Of a stretch of 64,000 nt of DNA, positions 12,801 to 25,444 are shown in pieces. Within the stretch, counting starts at the first letter, position 1. Each line of letters opens with the position of its first letter. The position numbers and the translations under genes were made by a program. The stretch covers positions 4,960,001 to 5,024,000 of the forward strand of contig JAYWIR010000006.1 in assembly GCA_036172245.1 (NCBI GenBank), written 5' to 3'. This stretch comes from Raillietiella orientalis. Its lineage: Eukaryota. The notes under the pieces are model-generated. The model worked only from the letters and a program-made list of their open reading frames with translations. It made no database searches and was not told where the DNA came from.

Positions 12801-13869
12801 ACGGCTGGGAAGAAGAGCCCCATCGTGGATGCGAAGAGCAGAATGGCTACGTTTCGATCTCAGCAAAGATGGTGCTTCCGGGATCCGAAGAAGGTCGTGA
12901 TTGCGTTCGTACACTTCTGCGCACCGTCCGTCAGCGCTGTACCTCGATGGTGAGCGACCGGTACCTGAACCTGCCTCTGCCCTACCCTACGGGAATGCTC
13001 CTGCACGTTTCCCGATTCAGACTTTTTCTTTTCCCCCTTTTTGGAAGCGCACTGGCTCTCGGTAGCATCACCCTGGGTCAGAGGTCATGATGGTTCTCTG
13101 GGGATTCGCCCTCTAGAGTGATTCACCTACGAGAATCGGGCAGACGAACACTTGCTTCCCTGATCGTCAGAGCACTTGTACTTTCCTCTCCCCCCAGTTT
13201 CTCATCACAGGGACATCTTCGAAGGCAGGGTCCATCGACCAAAGAGAGGATGACAGCCTCACCTTTAAAACCCAGTGCGGCACCAACGAGCTCCAGAGCA
13301 CGAAACGAGGATTCTTCCCCGTGCATGACTGGTCCACTTCCAGGATCTCTTTGAGAGTGCACTGCAGCTTCCGGATTGATTTCTCAGGCGGAATCCATCT
13401 CTTTGGCTCTACCCACCCGCGCGGGGAAACTCAGAGAGAGAGTCAAAGCCGAAGACTTTCAAGGGAGACGCGCGCATTGTCTTGTTTTCCCGCCTTCATG
13501 CTCAGAATTTTCCCTTCGAGTTTGGGTCGTCCCGGGTTTTTTTTTTCGCGTCTTACGGCCCTTTCGCTCAATGGACGGGCTCGAGGAAGCCCTTCTCTTC
13601 CTTGTTCCTGCACGCCAGTCAGAACGCCCTGGAAGAAAATCGTGAACGCGGAAGACGCCTCTATTCTCTTACTGCAGTTACGACACCGCGTCGTCGGATG
13701 CCGCTATTCCCTGTGACTATTTTCAAAAATTCCTTATCGTTCCGGAAATGCCATCCGCTGATTTTCAGAAGCCCTGGAGCTTTCGGTCACGACTGATCCC
13801 ACGGGTGGATCCCGACCCGTACTTTTCCTGATTACGCTTTCTTGTTGTTGTTGCTGCTGTTTGTTTTTA

Positions 13870-14475
13870 CGAATCGCATCTCGAAAGTAGGGGCGGATCG
13901 GATGTAAAGAAATAACGAATAAGAGATACAAAAATATGGTATTGGTGGTTCGAAACACATGCATCCCCATGTCATTTTTCTACGCAGTCGCCATTTTTTT
14001 CACGAACACTTTTGATAGGGTGGAGGAAGCTTTCCGAACTTCTCTCTGGATCCAATTCCGCCTCCTGGGAGCTCGTCCAGCTCAGCAGCACTGCAGTTTT
14101 CTATTCCTCACTTCCCCCTTCGGATCGTTGAGCCACTTCTGGAGGTGCAGGAAGGAAGAAGACGTGGTAGTCACTGGGCGGGACTGCGAGGTGGGTGATC
14201 GAAAAGTCCCCATTTGAATTTCCGAATTGTCTGGAACGTGGGGACAGCAGTGTGTGGGACCAAAAGGGAGTGCTTTTGGTGGACTTTATGAAGCCTGGAA
14301 CGACCATCGCTTCGCAAGTCTTCTGTGAAACGCTTTCAAGACTGCGGCGTGCCATTCAGCAGAACCGACGGCGAGGAATGCTGAGATCAGGGATTGTTCT
14401 TCTCCTTCACAACAACGGTGCCTTGGCAACACATGCTGTCCTCACTTTCCATCACAATTTTCGAGATGCGATTCG
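13870..14475 (+). mobile_element. Internally deleted mariner (Tc1/mariner) transposon with 17-bp TIRs and TA target duplication
   Basis: TA|CGAATCGCATCTCGAAA (13870-13886) and TTTCGAGATGCGATTCG|TA (14459-14475) are perfect inverted repeats. The internal frame WDQKGVLLVDFMKPGTTIASQVFCETLSRLRRAIQQNRRRGMLRSGIVLLLHNNGA is the mariner catalytic-domain segment leading to the HDNA motif. Confidence 0.88.
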
Positions 14476-15840
14476 TAGTTTTTAAAATTCCTTTCGTTCC
14501 GAAAAGACCATCCGCTGATTTTCAGAAGCCCTGGAGCTTTCGATCACGACTGATCCCATTGATGGATCCCGCTTTCTTCTATGCTTTCTTCTTCCTCTTG
14601 TTGTTGTTGTTTGTTTGTTTTTAGTTTTTCATGCTCGGTGATTTCGCCCGAGATTTACGGAGAGAACTGCTTACGCGCTCGTCCGCAGGTATCTTGTTAA
14701 TCACGCGCGCGCGCGCAAAAAAAACAAAAAAAAAAAAAAAGAAAGAAGTCTTCCTCCTCCTGAACGAACCTTCCATCAAGAGGAAGGAGAATGCCACAAC
14801 ATTCCTGAGAATTCCCAGGCCGGATGAAGCAAACGGAAAGAATGAAAACGAGTTCAAGGATGCTTTCCTTCCACGGTGGAAATCCTGGAACTCATCTCGC
14901 AGGCTTCCACGTTAAGTTTCGTTTCCGTAAATTATCTCAGTGATTAGCCAATCGCAATGAGGAGACGGAAGTCGTCTAATGATTGGCAAACCTAAATGAT
15001 AGAAACAATAAAAAGAGCGCTCTGGGACCGTCCTCAGCTGCCATGTGGAGAAGAACTTTACATCACCAGCTTTCACGTTGTCTGGCGGGAAAGAAACTTT
15101 GTTTACTCCAAGTTGATACAGTGGTTCGCCGGTCTGATGTAAGAAGAGCTATGATGGAAGGGAGAATGAGTGGCGCAACACTCGGTCTTCCAGTTCCGAA
15201 ATCCCTGAGTAACCAAGACATTATTCTGTTCCAGGAGTTGCTGTAAAAGGTCCAATAAATCTGAAAATGAATAAACACTTAGACGAAGGCTCACATGATG
15301 GCGGAAATGGACAATAAAAATCAGATTACGAAATTGGAGGGAAGCTTTCATTCCAGGACTGTTTGCCAGGCTTCGTATGTCCCGGTTTAAACCTGTGAGA
15401 GACGGAAAGAAACACAGACGTTGGTTCCCATCAAGCAGTCAGTGATCGGGAAGCAGCAGCACGAGATGGTCTGAACAACGAAGACGTACAAGAGCAGTTT
15501 GTTTTGTCGCATAAATAGTAAGGGAAGCCGTGGATTCCCTCGGTTTCCATCGCCAGCCCTGGCTTTCTGCCTTTAGGAAAATTTAGACCAAGCAACGGGA
15601 GTCGGAATTCCCATTGCTTATCCCAAACTCGAAGAAGCGTACCTGAGAATGAGGAACTCTTTTCTTCTGAGGTACAAGAACCATAAATTCCTCTTTGCAT
15701 TTCGCGTCATGATACCAATCGAAAAACTATTCTTCCCTCGATTAAGGTAACACGTTAATAATTACTAAAAAAGAAAAAAGATCGTGCTGTCGTATCAGCA
15801 TCCACACTATCGTTCCTCCCAAGAATTTCATCTTCATCTT

Positions 15841-16088
15841 TAAAGTGTGAGCTGGAGAGCAGAAAGTAACTGATAATGCTATGGAAATTTTATTCGGCCC
15901 TATGTTATTTCCGTAGTATACGTCGAATATCAAAATTTCTGTGATGAGCTCTGAGCTTTTTTTCACCATATTAATTGTATTACGTGCTGCTACATCTTTA
16001 TTTACAATAAACGCGAAATCGCGCTTCACGCTTTGATATTTATGATCGGTAAATTTTTTTCTACTTATACTCTTTCAATATTTTCTAA
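15841..16088 (-). pseudogene. pheT: Bacterial (Wolbachia/Anaplasmataceae-like) pheT 3' fragment covering the FDX-ACB domain of phenylalanyl-tRNA synthetase beta; probable nuclear insertion
   Basis: Minus strand [75 protein letters not shown] has the PheT RDFAFIV...FDVY.G...K.S.A...F.S...TL signature. AT-rich, intronless, truncated at both ends and frame-disrupted near 16070. Confidence 0.82.
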
Positions 16089-19000
16089 AAACTTAGATAA
16101 TACACCCATTTTCAATAATACAAGTGTCACGCACTGGAATGGCAACCTTGTGTGGTTTCACAGGAAGTTGTGCTTTGGTATTAGAATTTTGGTTGACTCG
16201 TCCTTACACATACACCATGAATTTGGTGGTAGAATATTATCTAACATCGTCGAATTTAATCCACAATCAGGCTTAGTCCATTGTTCGCTAACAATGCGCG
16301 GTTCATTATTGTCTAATTGTTTCCGTCCCATTGTTGTCTGATCATACCCAACCCATTGTTACCCAATCATACCCAGCCCATTGTTACTCAGTGTACCGTT
16401 TTCAGCTCACCCAAGTCAATCACAGGTGCACAGGCCCCAAACGGAAACTCTGCCATTTTTTTTTTTTTTTTTCCTTCTCTTTTTTGGGGGCGTTTCTCCC
16501 TTCCGTTAAACAAAAGCAAGGAAATGACTGACTTTGGAAGCGCCAACCGCTTGGCTTCGAGTTGCACACAAACATCGACCCGGGAACACGCACGTTGTGG
16601 AAGGGGTGCTCGTTGCAGAACTGTCTCCAAAGAGCAATTTTGGAGTTTGTTTTTTTTCTTTGAGCTTGCCTTTTTTTTATATATATACACCTTTAGAAAG
16701 TTTGCTGCCCGAGAACCCTTTATTTTGGGGCGTTATTTTCAAGAAAGTCGATTTTCGTGTGCTTTTGGAAGATCATGAGGGAATTTCTGCACGCTGCAGT
16801 TCTTTAGAAAGCGCTGTTGAATGATCGCTGGGAAAATTCTTTGAATGGAAAAAAATCCATCCAAGAAAATTTAGTATCTAAAAAACAGGAGGGAGGTAAA
16901 CTGACGAAAGCGAGATTCCTGGATGAGAAGATCGACCTCATTCTCAGTAGCATTGCGCCAAACCAGGGGAGAAGTGATCTGCAATGATCTCATCGAATTC
17001 GAATGTGTTGGAACACGAAAGCAGTCGAGCGGCTTTCGTGATTTGCACCCTTTGAAACAGAACAACCACTAAACCACCGCGACGATTCCGGTTTGACGAC
17101 CGCAATCGAAAAGACAGAAAATGCTGAAGGGAGGAAAATTTCGAATCTTCCTCAGCGATGGGCTCCCGTACAGGTGCGTGCAAGAGAGATTCGATTACCT
17201 CAACACCCTAAAGCTTCTCTCAGTGAAAAATGGTTTCACCGAAGGAGGGAAACCTTTCAGGAAAATGGGCCGAACGAAACTCACGATTATGACTTTTATG
17301 ACTTTATCTTCCAGATGAACTCACGTCTTTGATGGACTCACCATTCCGAGTATCTGTGCGCTGACCATGCTGAAAAAGAAATGGACTTCGCAGGAAAGTG
17401 CCATTTGGACGAGCGAAGCTGTTTCCCCGCCTGGGATGTGTTTCACACTTCTGCGAAGTTCCTTCAGGCGCTGCCCACTTGCCAGAGCAGCAGCATCATG
17501 TGAACAGCTGATGATGATATCGACGAATTGCAACTTTGCTCTTCCGTGACAGGATGCTTCCGCTTTCGCAACGGGCTGGACGTGAAGCTGGGCTCCGGCA
17601 AAGCTGTGAAAAATGCCGGCCAAAAGCCACTTTGAGCCAACAAAACTGCTGCTTGCGCCAGCCCTTCGAAGAGAATGTCTTTCTCTTTCGCTTTTCCACT
17701 CAAGCGCAGAAGCTGCAGAACATCCGACGTGCACGCCGTGTGCGTGTGTGCTGCTGAAGAATGGCGCGCCGAAACGTCGCACTTTCCTTTCGTGAGGAGC
17801 GCGTCGGACCAGCCTGGAGGAGGGGGGCGAGACACCAGCTGGGCGATTTCCCTCCGTGAGTCCGCGGGATGTTTGCGCTCGATGCGGCGTTGATCTCCCG
17901 CGCCCACCCCTTCCTCCCCTACAAAAAGAGGGGAAACAAACAAACGTGAAAGAGTGGGAGCGTCGTGCAGGTACGCGCTCTTCCGTCCACAGGGATTTGC
18001 CGCAATCGGCGGCAGCAGGGATGCGTAGGAGACGAAAGGAAGACTCGGACCTGGGAGTCTGGTGGGACCTGGCTCCTGCGCGCAAGCGCGCGCCCCTCGA
18101 ACTGATGCGTTCGCGCAGCGGACCCCCAAATGAAACGCTGCTGAAGGTTGTAAGGGGGAGCGATTTTCGAGCGCCCCGGTGCGCTCCAGGAACCAACCGA
18201 CGAGGATGAAGGTGGCCACATGGGTTCGCTGCCAAAGGGACGAGCATCACCCCGCGTTCCGTTCAGAACGGCTCAGCTCTAAATCTGCTCCTGAAATCGA
18301 CGCACCACCACACGCAAAGAGGCGGAACTCGGCGGACAGAACGAAGGGCGCCAATAAGAATCGGCGCTTCAGAGCCAGCAGAATCCGCTTGCGATTTCGT
18401 CCCGCGACCGCCAACGAGGGCATTCTGGAGAAGAGGGAAGGGCGGGGGGGAACCGTTCTTCTCATCCACCCTCGCCGCCGGTTCGCGCCTCGGCACTGAT
18501 CGTCGCGATAATTCTGCCTGGTCCTCGCTTCCCCCCCCCCTTCGCCATCCTTCCTGCACCTCTCCCCTGCCTCTGGCGTGAGCCGGATGTTCCGCAGGTC
18601 GCCTTGGATGCACACATTGTGCAGTGATGACACCGTGATTCGGTTCTTCTGCTGTATTCGTGTAGGCTGTGGGCATTTGAGATCGAAAGATCATGAGAAT
18701 GCAGACAGGTCCTGTTTTTTGTGATCTTCTTTGTAAAATTTTCTTTGTAATTTCATGCTGGTTGCGCAATGAATCTGACAGAAGGTACCGAAATTAATTT
18801 TCCGCTGGTTTTGAAAGATGGTGACACGAGTGTTGGCAACCATGACTCTCACTGAGCAGACAAGACCACTAGCCCACGCTTACCTCACTCTTTCGCTTAC
18901 CCTGTCTCTTTGGATGCGAATGGAGCAGCAATTGAAAGCCGTCCCGAGCGTGAGCATGAAGCGCTCTGAACAAAAGAGAAATGGAAAACTGTAATAGCTG

Positions 19001-20157
19001 GTTGCTACAGCAACGCCTCGTAGCAGTTCTTGAGCTGTCGGTTGGGTGGATCGGCTGCTAGACACGAGTAACGATAAAAGTGGAATCGACAGTGGAATGC
19101 AGGGAATATTTACTTCTAGAGTGAGAAGTTCTAGCGATGGCGGATGCAAAGCGCAAACCAAAGCAGGAGTTTCAGCTGCTTCTCGGCATTCGTTGGCACC
19201 GGATTCTGTCTTGGGACAGATGAGAGTGCCCATCAGTTTATGCAGTTCCTCATCTGGTGAATGACACAGATCACTCCATGTGCCACGGGCTGCAGACCGG
19301 GCCACTTTTGTCGCCGCTCGTACTGTACACGTACCCGGTAGATGCTGTGTTCCCTAGCCGAAGAGCTAATCCTGATGGCTCGTTTCGCACCAAGATTTCA
19401 GCCACTTGCGGCAATGCTTGCTGAAGAGCCGTAATTTGCAAAGCTGCGGCAAATCTTCCGTTGCCCTGTGAAGATGCTGAAGTGGAAACAGCTTGCGATG
19501 CCCAAGAAATAAAGCGTCCATCCTGAGCTGCCTGAATGATCGAATGCGCGACAGCGGTCAAGAGAAAAAATTGGCCCGTTTCAAAGCAGCCAGAGGAGCA
19601 TCTCTTCCGGTAACGTGACCTGCTCCAGAAACAGTCTTCGAGACTCCCATTTGACAGCCACTCCACCTTTCTTGGAAAAAATTCATCCGGATTTTACATG
19701 CGCTGCTCGGCAGCGACGCGGTGAGCAGGAAGGCAGGAACGGACGTGAGACCTCTGAATCGTGCGTGACCTCAGGTGGAGCATCGCGAAACGCGTGCTCT
19801 CGAAGGGACGGCGCCAGTACTCCGTGGGTCCCGAGCAGGCTGCTTCCATGTCGCCTGGATGGTCCACGTCCGGGGGAGCAGACCACGGGGAAGAAACCCT
19901 CAGCGGCGAACGCGGGAGATCACAACCAGCGTGGTCAGCCAACCGGGTCAAGAAATTCACTGTATCCCGGCACCTGAGGAGGATGTGTTCCACAAAGATG
20001 GCCTTCAGGTCGCAAGAAAAGTCCGTCAGGTGGATGCTGTGGAGATCCCACAGCACTGATCTGAACTGCTGTCCGGAGAAGAAGGCACAGTGGGCCCGGC
20101 TGGGAAAACTGGGTCGATGTAATCTCACAGTGTCGGAGGGAAGCCCGGACGCCGGAG

Positions 20158-20817
20158 TCCCAAAACATCACGAAAAGTACACACATGTGTTTATTAGATA
20201 CGTGCATATTTATAGGCAGATTAATGCATGTTATAAAGATCATAAAAATAAATATATGTGCTTTATATATTAATGTATAGATTAAGGTACTAATTTATGT
20301 TAACATACATATACTCATATTATTTTAACATTAAGTAATATTTGCTAACCTGTACATTATTGATATAATTAATAATAATACACATGTATCAGAGATTATA
20401 GAAAATATATACGTGGGTGTGTATTAATATATATTTATATACAAAAATATGTATTGAATAGATATATAAATATCGAATTTTTCGGAAATAAAAAATAATG
20501 GTGATGATAAAAAAAAATAGTGGAAAAAAAATGAAAAAGCAAGCAATTAAAAAACAAAAGGGAAAATACTGCATTTCATCATTTCCAGCACTCAGCAATA
20601 AAAATGGCGGACTCAGGAAATGATGAATTGTATCTTCAGCATACATATGATAGGCAAATATATTTATTTTTTTATACATACAATAATCGTATATTGATGC
20701 ATATTATTAATTATACAAGTTAGCAAATATTACTCAATATATATATTAAAACGATATGAATATTAATAAACACGTGTGTTAACATGAGTAATCTATGAAC
20801 AAATATATATATATGTG

Positions 20818-20853
<36 letters not shown>

Positions 20854-21153
20854 TTTAATTTATATTTATATATATGTATGTATGTATGCATCGTATATTA
20901 ATCTGTAATTTGTATATTAATCGGTAATTAAATAATTAACACATGTACTTATTTTTTATAATCTTTATAGTACATATTCATTATATACATATATTAATAT
21001 ATCATAAGCATATGAATTATATTAATAATGTTAATAACTATTAATAGATATGTATGTTCGCATAAAATTGTATATAAATACATACATTATTTATGTGAAC
21101 AATGAAAATCCATATTTATTTTTTGTGATCCTTAGAGATTTCGAACCAAACCC
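20158..21153. mobile_element. AT-rich non-autonomous MITE/foldback-like element, copy 1
   Basis: Abrupt ~1 kb AT-rich block with imperfect inverted arms. Its core (20440-20640) is the reverse-complement homolog of 62500-62720. It ends in GAACCAAACCC, like copy 2, and contains a (TA)n(GA)n microsatellite near 20805-20852. Confidence 0.7.
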
Positions 21154-21689
21154 ACCACATAATTCTATCCTTTATCTGCGGTGTCTCATGTTGGTTTGCC
21201 ATCTTCGGGAGGATTCGCCTGCACAGATCGACCCTGATCTCGTTGCCATGCCGGCTGGGCACGCATGCCCTGACATTTGCCCTCGGGCGCTACCGAGAGC
21301 GTTTCGTTGGAGGTTTCGGAATCATCCAACTGGCGTCCCTGATTCGAGAGACAAACGAATCCACAAGGTCAAGTGTTTCCCAAAAGACACTTCATCTCCG
21401 AGAGCTTCACCGCTTACATCTTCCAATTCCAGTACGTGTACAGCCGGAGCGTGTACATACACTCTTTCCACGGATCCGTCACACGACTGTCAGAAGTCCC
21501 ACGCTTGCGGGGGAGTTTCCGGTCGCATAGACCGCGGTGCGCTGATGGCAGTCAGCACTTCTGACGATGGTCCACAACTGCCACCCCCTCCCCGCAGTCA
21601 GGGGACAACCCCCCCCCCGCCCCCCCTCTCCCCATAAATAGGTGATGCTCTTCCGCAAAGAGAGGTACGTCCGTGTTGGCGGCCGTGCG

Positions 21690-21820
21690 GCTTTGGAGGT
21701 CTCTGCGGGAGGAGGCGCTAGGCGTCGCGGGTTCGAATCCCGCCCGGCGAGGGGAAGGGCCGACCACGGGAGTGCACCAGAGGGCTCTGGTCTGCCCACG
21801 AACTTTGGGTGCGTCACTGG
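21690..21820 (+). mobile_element. tRNA-derived SINE head, truncated by an antisense LINE 3' end
   Basis: GGAGGCGCTAGGCGTCGCGGGTTCGAATCCCGCCC carries a Pol III B box. It is followed by the family motif GGGTGCGTCACTGG, where the LINE terminal hairpin begins. Confidence 0.7.
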
Positions 21821-21821
21821 T

Positions 21822-22700
21822 TATCCGGGTTCGCCGAAGCGTTTATTTAAAAATAAAATAAACATTTACAATTTTTTGTGGTCGAAGGTTTTTTGGACCG
21901 ATAGTCTAACCACGTCCTTTCTGTAGTTCTAATGTGCCATGTTACCGGTTCGCAGACCTCTGAGGGCCACCACGACAGCAGAGGGGAGGGGTCAAACAAA
22001 AAGGAAAATAAACAAAACAAAAATAGCAAACAAAACAATTCTGGACGTGGGAGTGCGGAAAAGGATCACAGCCTGCAGGGGGCAGTCCTCTGCATCCTTT
22101 AGAGGATACCAGCAAGATCTTGCTTTATACAGATGTCCAGGTGGGGCCATCTGACCGCTATCCATAGAAGGCGAAGAGCAAAGTGCATGGCATCCCTGTC
22201 GTTGGCTCCTCCGTTGGCGTCGCTCCATGCCGCCATGATCCCACAAAGGCAGCAAAGCTCTGCTCGGGCTGCGGCTGGCTGCAGGGCGTCCTGCACAGAG
22301 AATAGCCTCATCACGTCTCTGGAGTTGCCTCCAGGGGTTCCAAGGATCGCGGCAAAGCGTCCCCAAAGGGGTCCGAGGGCTACAGAGTTCACTAGGAGGT
22401 GAGGGAGGGATTCCTGCTCCCAGCGCCTTGCACAGTTTGCATACACCCCTTCCCCCCCATCCAATGACACCGGAAGGCGTTGCACGGGACGTCTCAGTGC
22501 TGCAGCATCAATGCCGACTCTGCCACTTCAAGGGGAGGGTGTGGGTGTTCATGAGCACCGGGGGCCACTGCAGATCTTCCACTGGAAGTCCCAGTAGCTC
22601 CCCCCAGCGCAACAGTCCTCGAGGGTGTTCTCCTCCAGCACCTGGTTCGCTCTCCAACATAAAAGGGGCAGGATGGGCAACCAGAATTCCGGAGCGTCCG
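21822..22700 (-). mobile_element. L1/Tx1-like LINE 3' fragment (C-terminal Cys-rich region and 3' UTR)
   Basis: WGELLGLPVEDLQWPPVLMNTHTLPLKWQ and CARRWEQESLPHLLV are homologous to 23117-24139 and 29002-29661. T-rich 3' UTR with AATAAA plus hairpin terminus. Confidence 0.75.
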
Positions 22701-22776
22701 TCGGTGGGGAACGGGATGGTCGGGAGGGGAGGGAGCCCTCGCGATCGCGGTCGATTTGCATAAAGCATTCCATTTT

Positions 22777-24920
22777 CACCCGGGTCGCCGGGGCGTTTAT
22801 TGAAAAAATAAACTTTTAACATGTACTGTGGCTGGACCAGTGATCCAGGCATGAAAAAAGAAACAACACAGAGCCTGCCGGGTCACCGGTTCGCAGACCG
22901 GTACGGTCCACCACGGCAGCAGGGGGAAGGGGGGACAAACAAAAAACTAAACAAAAACAAAAGAAAACGTGGGAGGGTGCGGGAAGGGATCACTGTTGCT
23001 TCTGGGGCCGTTGCATCCTTCGCAGGATGCCGGCAAGCTCTCTCTGCATTGCTGGATCCAGGTGAGGCCATCGCATCGCCCTATCCAGGAATTTGGCGGC
23101 GCACTGGATGGCACCCTTATCGCGGGGTCCTCCCGTAGCCTTGCTCCAAGCGGCGACGATCCCGCGTAGGCAGCACAGGGCTGCTAACAAGGCCACAGGC
23201 CGAAGGGCATCGGCAACGAAAAGGGCTTTCACAGCATCCCTGGGGTTGCCGCAGGAATTCCGATGACCGCGGCAAAGTGGAGCCAAAGGGGCCGAAGGGC
23301 AAACAATCTACAAGAAGGTGGGGGAGGGACTTCCGTTCCCCACACTTAACACAGTTGGGGGTCACCGCTCCCCAGGTCCAATGGTGGCGGCGGGCGTTGC
23401 AGGGGAGTCCCCAATGCTGCAACAGTAGAGCCGACTCCTGCCATTTTAAGGGGAGGGTGGAAGTGTTCATGAGCACCGGGGGCCACTTCAGATGTTCAAT
23501 GGGAACATCGAGCAGCGCGCCACAGCGCAGAAGTCCATGGGGAGGCGTACTCGGGGTCGCAGCGTCTGTTAACTGGCCCGTCTTCCACTCTCCTATCTTC
23601 CTCTCCTTCCTGGAGATTGTAATTGTAACCTCCCACTTCGCCGCAACATCTGTGTCCAGATCTTCCATCAGGGAGGGCAGCGCAGCAGCGAGGGGGATTC
23701 TTCCTGACCACGCTCGCTTCTTCGGATCCTCCAGGATCTCACGGAGCGTGCAACTTCTGTAACCCCCAAACAGGAACCGTCGTTCCTGTTGGGCGCGTTG
23801 CATGCCGCACTGTGCCCACGTGCGAACGGTTTCCCGCAACCAGGCACTACCGTTCGCTGGGCAACAGATGATCCATCCTTGATTCTTCCGTGTCAAGGCA
23901 GCCACCCTCCGTAGCTGGAGTCCGCAACGGTTGATGCGGGAGCGATGGAGTGCAAGAAAGGACGTGAGTCCCGTCTTGCCGGTGGCTTGCTGGAGAAGGA
24001 GACGTGCAGGGACGCACCAACAGGTGCACCACAACTCTGGAACAAGTGCCAGCATTCGGAACTGGAGCTGAAGCTCCAGCCGCTCCAACGTCAGGAGGCC
24101 GAGACTGCCGTCCCGACGCGGAGCGCACAAGTCCTTCAAGTGGACTCGAGCCCTCCCGTTGTCCCAAAAGGCGATACGGAGGAGGTCCTTCGTCTGCTTT
24201 TTGATCCTCTCTGTGGGGGGGGGGGGTCAAAGAAAAAGCAGGGGACGGAAGAGAGGAGCCGCGAACTCGTTCCAAACCGCGGTCCGTTCTGGCAAGTGAA
24301 ACTTGCCTTCCAGGAACGGGCCGATCGCCGTCTCTACTTTTTGGAGGCAGCCGGACCACGCTTCCGCAGGGGAGTAGTCCCCCAACGGCACACCAAGGTA
24401 CTTGAAGTACCTTACCGTGGAAGTCCCCAAACGGACCCAGTCCTGCTGCCCTGCCCACGCCGCACCAACTGGCATCACGGACGACTTCGCCCTGTTCACC
24501 GTAAGTCCGGTTCCCCGATTCAGCAGGTCGAAGAACTCCTCGACCGCCGAAGCCAGGGTGGACATAGGGAGCAGCAGCAGAAGGTCGTCCGCGTACGCTG
24601 AAACCGCAGGCGTACCGGCGCATTCGTGCGGCAGGTGCGCCAGAGTTACCCTGTACGCTTTCAGTACCAACTCAAAGTAGGTACTGAAGAGTAAGGGGCT
24701 CAGGCTGTCTCCCTGCCGTATCCCACACCGCACCGGCACGCCGTGCACGGTCTGCCCGCTGAAAGTAAGACTAATTAAGGCGTCGCGCCAGCAGGAGCGC
24801 AGATGGGCCAATAATGAGGCCGGGAAGCCCAAGCGTTCCAAAAGCTCCAGCAGGAGATTCTGGTCGACGCTGTCGAATGCTTTACGCAAGTCGACTGCGA
24901 CCGCAAGGGCTCCCTCTACC
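22777..24920 (-). mobile_element. 5'-truncated L1/Tx1-like non-LTR retrotransposon (RT domain to 3' end, frameshifted)
   Basis: RT motifs VDLRKAFDSVD, GIRQGDSLSPLLF, AYADDL, GLTVNRAKS and FKYLGVPL. C-terminal C-x2-C...LPHLL.DC (CVKCGERKSLPHLLVDC). Terminal AATAAA-CGCCCCGG-CGAC-CCGGG. Confidence 0.88.
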
Positions 24921-25440
24921 ACCCGACCATCCGACCCATGGCTGACGGACTCACCGGATTCCGGCTGTGCATACAGCCCCTTTCTTGTTGGAGCTCTAGC
25001 CAGGTGGAAGCGTGGAACAAGTTCGCCTCCATGCTTCGCCCGGGAACAGCATATGTCTGCAGCATATTTAGCTGGCTCGTCGTCCACTCGCCCAGTCCTT
25101 TCCTCCTTCCGGAGATTTGCACAGCAACCTCCCATCTAGCCATGAGGCTGCTGACCATATGCTCCTCCCTCAGGGAGGGCAGCACAGAGGCAAAGGAGGT
25201 TCTGCCCGATCATGCACTCTTCGCGGGATCTTCCAGGATCTCCCGGAGCGTACAGTTGTTACGCGCGTGCAGGAAACGTCGCACCTGTTCCTCGCTTGGC
25301 TCCTGGATCCTCGCCTACGTGCAAACTGTTCCCTGCAGCCGGGCGCTACGTTCGCGGGGAGGCACGAGATCCATCCGTTCCTCATGACCAGAGTGGCCAT
25401 CCTAGTCTGCGGTGGATGAAGCTGCGTGGACGGTGCGCAA
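24921..25440 (-). mobile_element. Second fragment of the same LINE C-terminal region, abutting the RT fragment
   Basis: LPSLREEHMVSSLMARWEVAVQISGRRKGLGEWT is homologous to LPSLMEDLDTDVAAKWEVTITISRKERKIGEWK at ~23600-23700. Confidence 0.7.
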
Positions 25441-25444
25441 GGAA

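Noticed and set aside
15742..16029. Window or contig being of bacterial origin because of pheT
   Set aside because: The fragment is ~250 nt, decayed, and shares the window with spliceosomal genes and eukaryotic transposons.
21690..21760. Functional tRNA genes at the GGTTCGAATCCC motifs
   Set aside because: No complete cloverleaf or oligo-T terminator is evident, and the motifs continue into a shared repeat linker, so these are SINE-type heads.
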